A stretch of DNA of 64,000 bases from the human T2T-CHM13v2.0 reference genome, Homo sapiens: the NCBI RefSeq assembly GCF_009914755.1, contig NC_060947.1. One strand, given 5' to 3'. Shown here one piece after another: positions 58,860-64,000 of the stretch. The position numbers and the translations under genes are program-made. Positions within the stretch are counted from its first letter, which is position 1, and every line of letters begins with the position of its first letter. Under the pieces are notes generated by a model. That model ran no database searches. It was not told where the DNA came from and saw only the letters and a program-made list of their open reading frames with translations.

Positions 58860-60770
58860 TCTGTGCCATTACTCCTGTGTGTTTTCTGCTGGATTTTCTC
58901 CCCACTGCCTCAGAAACATGGTTCTGTCAAGTACTCCTGCTCCTCCTGTTTTAACTTCTCCCTCTCAACTGACTTTCTGCCCTCAGCATAGAAGCATACT
59001 AATATTTCCCCAACTTAAAATAAACAAAATATTTCATCCTCCTCTTACTACTGCTCTCCTCCCTTTTCCTTTCATTCTACATTTTTGTCACCCCTCCATC
59101 CTCCTCCCATTGAAACTATCCCTTTTGAAGTCAACTCATGACCTGAACAACTGAATCCATTAGGCTCTTTTCAGTCCTCCACTGACTTGGTAATTCTGCA
59201 GGTCTGACATCCTGCCCCTTCTTCTGGACAATCTCATTCCTCTTGACTCTGTGATGCTACCCTCTCCTGATTTTCCTCTCACTTTTCTGAAGACTCTTTC
59301 ACAGGCTTCTCCTCTTCCACTCACCCCTATCTGAAACATAACCCAGGCTTTGTCCTGGGATATTTTCTTTCTCTTCCCACTGTTCATGCCCATCACCCTG
59401 TCACCCTCCCCCCCCAAAGTGGTTTCACCCACTTAGATGCTTATAATTCCTACCTGTATGCTGCCAATCCTAAACCTCTATCTCGAGCCCCTATCTCATA
59501 AGTCATATTTAAGTATGTAAATATAGTTGACTGTGGGGAGTCTTATGGATGTCCCACATGTATCTCCCATTCCACATGTCCAAAACTGAGCCCCTCATTC
59601 CTCCCTGTTGCTGTTTTTTTTAATTTATTTTATTTATTTATTTATTTTTGAGACAGAGTCTCACTCTGTCGCCCAGGCTGAAGTGCAGTGGCGCAATCTC
59701 GGCTCATTGCAAGCTCTGCCTCCCGGGTTCACACCATTCTCCTGCCTCAGCCTCCTGAGTACCTGGGACTACAGGCGCCCACCACCACGCCCGGCTAATT
59801 TTTTGTATTTTTAGTAGAGATGGGGTTTCACCGTGTTAGCCAGGATGATCTCGATCTCCTGACCTCGTGATCCACCCACCTCGGCCTCCCAAAGTGCTGG
59901 GATTACAGGCGTGAGCCACCGTGACTGGCTCCCTGTTGCTTTAAATGGGTCCCTCCATCACCGGCAGTGAATAATATCAATATCCACCCAGTCACCCAAG
60001 ACAGAAACCAGGGCATTGTTCTATACTCTTTTTTTTTTTTTTTAATCTGGCTCCTTTCCCCAATCTCATTAGTCACTGAGACCTGTCAGTCCTAACTTTT
60101 CATCTTTTACTTCACTCTCTTTTCTCTAACCCTACTACCACTATCTTATGTCAGGCCCTCATCATTTTTTTGATTATAGCAAGAACTGGTCTCCCTGTCT
60201 TCAGTTAGGTACCCTTTCAAGCCATTAACCAATCAGCAGCCAGAGTATTCTTCCTAAACTGTTTCTCGCTGCTAAGAGCTCTTCCAGAGCTCCTCAGTTT
60301 GCACCATGCTGCCTCCTTAAGGCCTTTTTGCTCTAGCCATCCCTCCCTGGCTAGCTTTTCCTCTCCCCACTCTTTCCTTGCAATCTGCTTAGCCATACTG
60401 AGTGTGCCTCGTACTCTCTCATCTATGTGTCTTTCTGCATTCTGTTCTCTCTGCGAAATTGCCTTCCCTCTATCTTCATGTGGCTCATTCAAATTTGCGC
60501 TCAGTCCCAACTTCATCCCCTTAAAGAAACTTTGTTTGACCATCTCACTTCCCCCAAAGCGGATTAGGTACCCCTCATCTAGTGCTTACCTGTCTTCCAC
60601 ACTAACACTGCCCCAGCCGTGTATTACAGTCATTTCCTTAACTACCTGACTCCCCCAGTAGACAGCAAGCCAATCAAAGGCAAGAACTGGGTCATATTCC
60701 TCTTTGAATCCCTAGGCCCCAGCATAGCACCTGACATGCCATAGGTCCTCACTGAATGCCTGAGTTCTTT
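58860..60770 (+). mobile_element. L2 LINE fragments (interrupted by AluY)
   Basis: Pyrimidine-rich L2-like sequence ending ccccagcatagcacctgacatgccatagg. Confidence 0.55.
59614..59930 (-). mobile_element. AluY
   Basis: Diagnostics gcaagctctgcctcccgggttcacaccattc and ccgtgttagccaggatg; TSD ccctgttgct. Confidence 0.94.
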
Positions 60771-61118
60771 CTCCCTTTTGGTCTGCCTGGCAACTCCTAC
60801 TAATATTTCAATTCACAATTCATATGTTACCCACCTATGAAACCTCTGCTCTTGGTCAAGATCTTTCCATAAATTCATGCTCACATAGTGGGTTTTCTCT
60901 AACATTTATTGATAAAAATTTTCAAAGTTACTTCAAGTTGAAAGATTTTACAATACCCCTATACCTATAGTAAAATTAACATTTTACTATATTTGCTTTA
61001 TCACAAATCTGTCCATCTATCCATTTGTCAGTCTATATCCATTTTAAAAACACATTTTTAAGTAAATTGCACAAATTAATATACTTCCTCCTAACTACTT
61101 CAGCTTACATATCATTAA

Positions 61119-61447
<329 letters not shown>

Positions 61448-62110
61448 ATATTTATATTCTTAATATAAGATGTACAATGAAAAGCACAAATTTTAAGTGT
61501 GTATTAGCTGGGTTTTGACAAATGCATTTACCCAAAAGCCTGTAACCCAAAGCCTCATCAAGATAAAGTTACCTCTTTGTCATAGTGTTCTTTCTTTTCT
61601 TGTAATTATTTAATTATCTGTTTCCCCCATTAGACTTTGAGTTCCTTAAAAGCAGAGACCATTTCTTATTTTCCTGCTACCTGTGCCCCGCACTGTGCCT
61701 TAACACAATAGGTATTCTATAACTGTTGTCTGGCTAGAAGAATAAATATGTACTTTATTCCTGGAATATTAGTATGCGACTTTATACATTCTCTTCTCTC
61801 ACCTTTCACATCCAGAAGTTAGCTTAGTCATGTCATGTTTATGCCTTAAGTACTTCTGACTTCTACATCCTTCATTCCTTTTCCACTGCTGCAGTTCTCA
61901 GAGATCTGTCATCTGAACCATTAAAATAACCTTCTAAATGGTTTCTTTCTTTTTTTCAAAGTTTTAAACTTTTTATTTGCACATTTTAAAAATTATGCAT
62001 TCTAGTAAATAAAATCATTTGAAAAAAAAAAGAATGGTAAAGGGTTTTTTAAACACCAATTTTTTACTCCCAAGTCCACCTTCCAAATGAGTAACAAAGT
62101 AATACTTATA

Positions 62111-62334
<224 letters not shown>

Positions 62335-62601
62335 ACAAAGTAATACTTATAAAATCCGAAGTTGGTCATGTTTCCATCCTCTTTAAAACCTTTTATTTGT
62401 TTCCCATTGTCTACAGCAGATTTTAATCTGCCTTCTTTTAAAAGCATAGGAGCTTTTTAAAAAATAAAACCTTACAACAAATTCTAACATTTGAAATAGA
62501 TTTAAAAACATTTTAAATTCATTTAAATTTATAAGTTCAAATGTATAACATTAAGTCAATATTAAAGCCATAAGAATATTATAGGTATGTTTATGATCAC
62601 A

Positions 62602-62900
<299 letters not shown>

Positions 62901-62909
62901 ATTATTATT

Positions 62910-63125
62910 CTTTTTTTTAATTTCAATAGTTTCAGGGTATAGGTGGTTTTTGGTTACATAGATAAGTTCTTTAGTGGTGATTTCTGAGATTGTAGTGTGC
63001 CCGTCACCTGAGGAGTGTATACTGTACCCAATATGTAGTCTTTTTTCCCTCACCCCCATCAAACCTCCCCCTGGCCTGAGTCCCCAAAGTCCATTATGTC
63101 ATTCTTATGGCTCTGTGTCCTTGTA
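62910..63125 (-). mobile_element. L1PB-like 3' end
   Basis: ggtggtttttggttacatagataagttctttagtggtgatttctgagat...gagtccccaaagtccatt. Confidence 0.8.
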
Positions 63126-63526
63126 GATTATCCAAGTTTTTCTACTCCATTAATAATAACTTAAATATAGATAGCCCTTTACAAATCACATTTGATTTTT
63201 ATCCCAGTCCCATTAGGTAAGATCGGTATTTTCCCTGTTTTATGGATAAAAGAAAGTTTCAGTGGCTAGTTCAATATTATACACATTGGTGAATGGCAGA
63301 GGCAGAATTTTAACTAAGATTCTCTCTCTCCTAATGAAGTGCCTTTCCTACTCTATCCCCTATCGCTGGTTGCCTCTATATGTTTTGTGATCCATTTCAG
63401 TAACAATCATTCCCTTTCTCTTTGACCAGGCAGACCATCTATCATACCATACTTCTGTTTTTCACCCTAATTTACTCAGCCATTCTACCTGCTTTAGGCC
63501 CATACATATTTTCTTCACACGTAGAG

Positions 63527-63751
63527 CAGGGTTTCCCAGCTGTGGCACCGTTAATATTTTGGATCAAATAATTGTTTACGGGGAAGGAGGCTGTCCTATG
63601 CATTGTAGGATGTTTTACAACATCTTTGGCCTTTACCCGATGAATGCCAGTGGCACACATACCCCACTCCTAAGTTGTGACAACCAGAATGTCTCCAGAT
63701 ATTGCCAAATGTCCCCTATGAAGCAGAATTGCCCCTAGTTGAGAACCACTG
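63527..63751. mobile_element. MER20 hAT-Charlie DNA transposon
   Basis: cagggtttcccagc...ggctgtcctatgcattgtaggatgttt...ccagatattgccaaatgtcccct...gttgagaaccactg. Confidence 0.85.
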
Positions 63752-64000
63752 CATATAGATCTACATTTCTCTCCTACCTCATTTTTCTTTTTTCTTACAA
63801 ATATGCTTTTATATTCCAGCTGTAAAACCCATTGTAATGTGCCTCCATGATAGCTGTGAAGTTATATTTCTCTTTTAAAGTTAAAATCTCTCCTTTATTA
63901 TTTATTTGTTGCCATAGTGAACAAACACCCAAAGGTATTGAGTAGCATTTTTGACTCTCCTTACTTGATCTGTTCTCATTCTTACAGAGAAAACTACTTC

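Overview
This is human-type (primate) genomic DNA, rich in Alu and L1 repeats. It matches the Xq13 cluster ARR3-RAB41-PDZD11-KIF4A, recognised from the spliced translations. I reconstructed by hand the complete spliced CDS of ARR3 (cone arrestin; + strand; 16 coding exons; 1167 nt = 388 aa), RAB41 (Rab6-family GTPase; +; 8 exons; 669 nt = 222 aa) and PDZD11 (-; 6 coding exons; 423 nt = 140 aa). I also reconstructed the first six coding exons of KIF4A (+; 778 nt of kinesin motor domain). The last ~24 kb is a repeat-dense KIF4A intron. PDZD11 and KIF4A share a head-to-head CpG-island promoter. I found no new gene family, RNA gene or prokaryotic-type system. The best leads are in splicing architecture: a U12 intron in RAB41 with an apparent nested U2 intron and an AG|GT recursive site, a NAGNAG acceptor inside the RAB41 P-loop, a 10-nt frameshifting ARR3 microexon giving a p44-like truncated arrestin, and an alternative PDZD11 acceptor adding a hydrophobic N-terminus. 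Several local duplications and templated-insertion scars are also visible. Repeat subfamily names and repeat boundaries are by eye and approximate.
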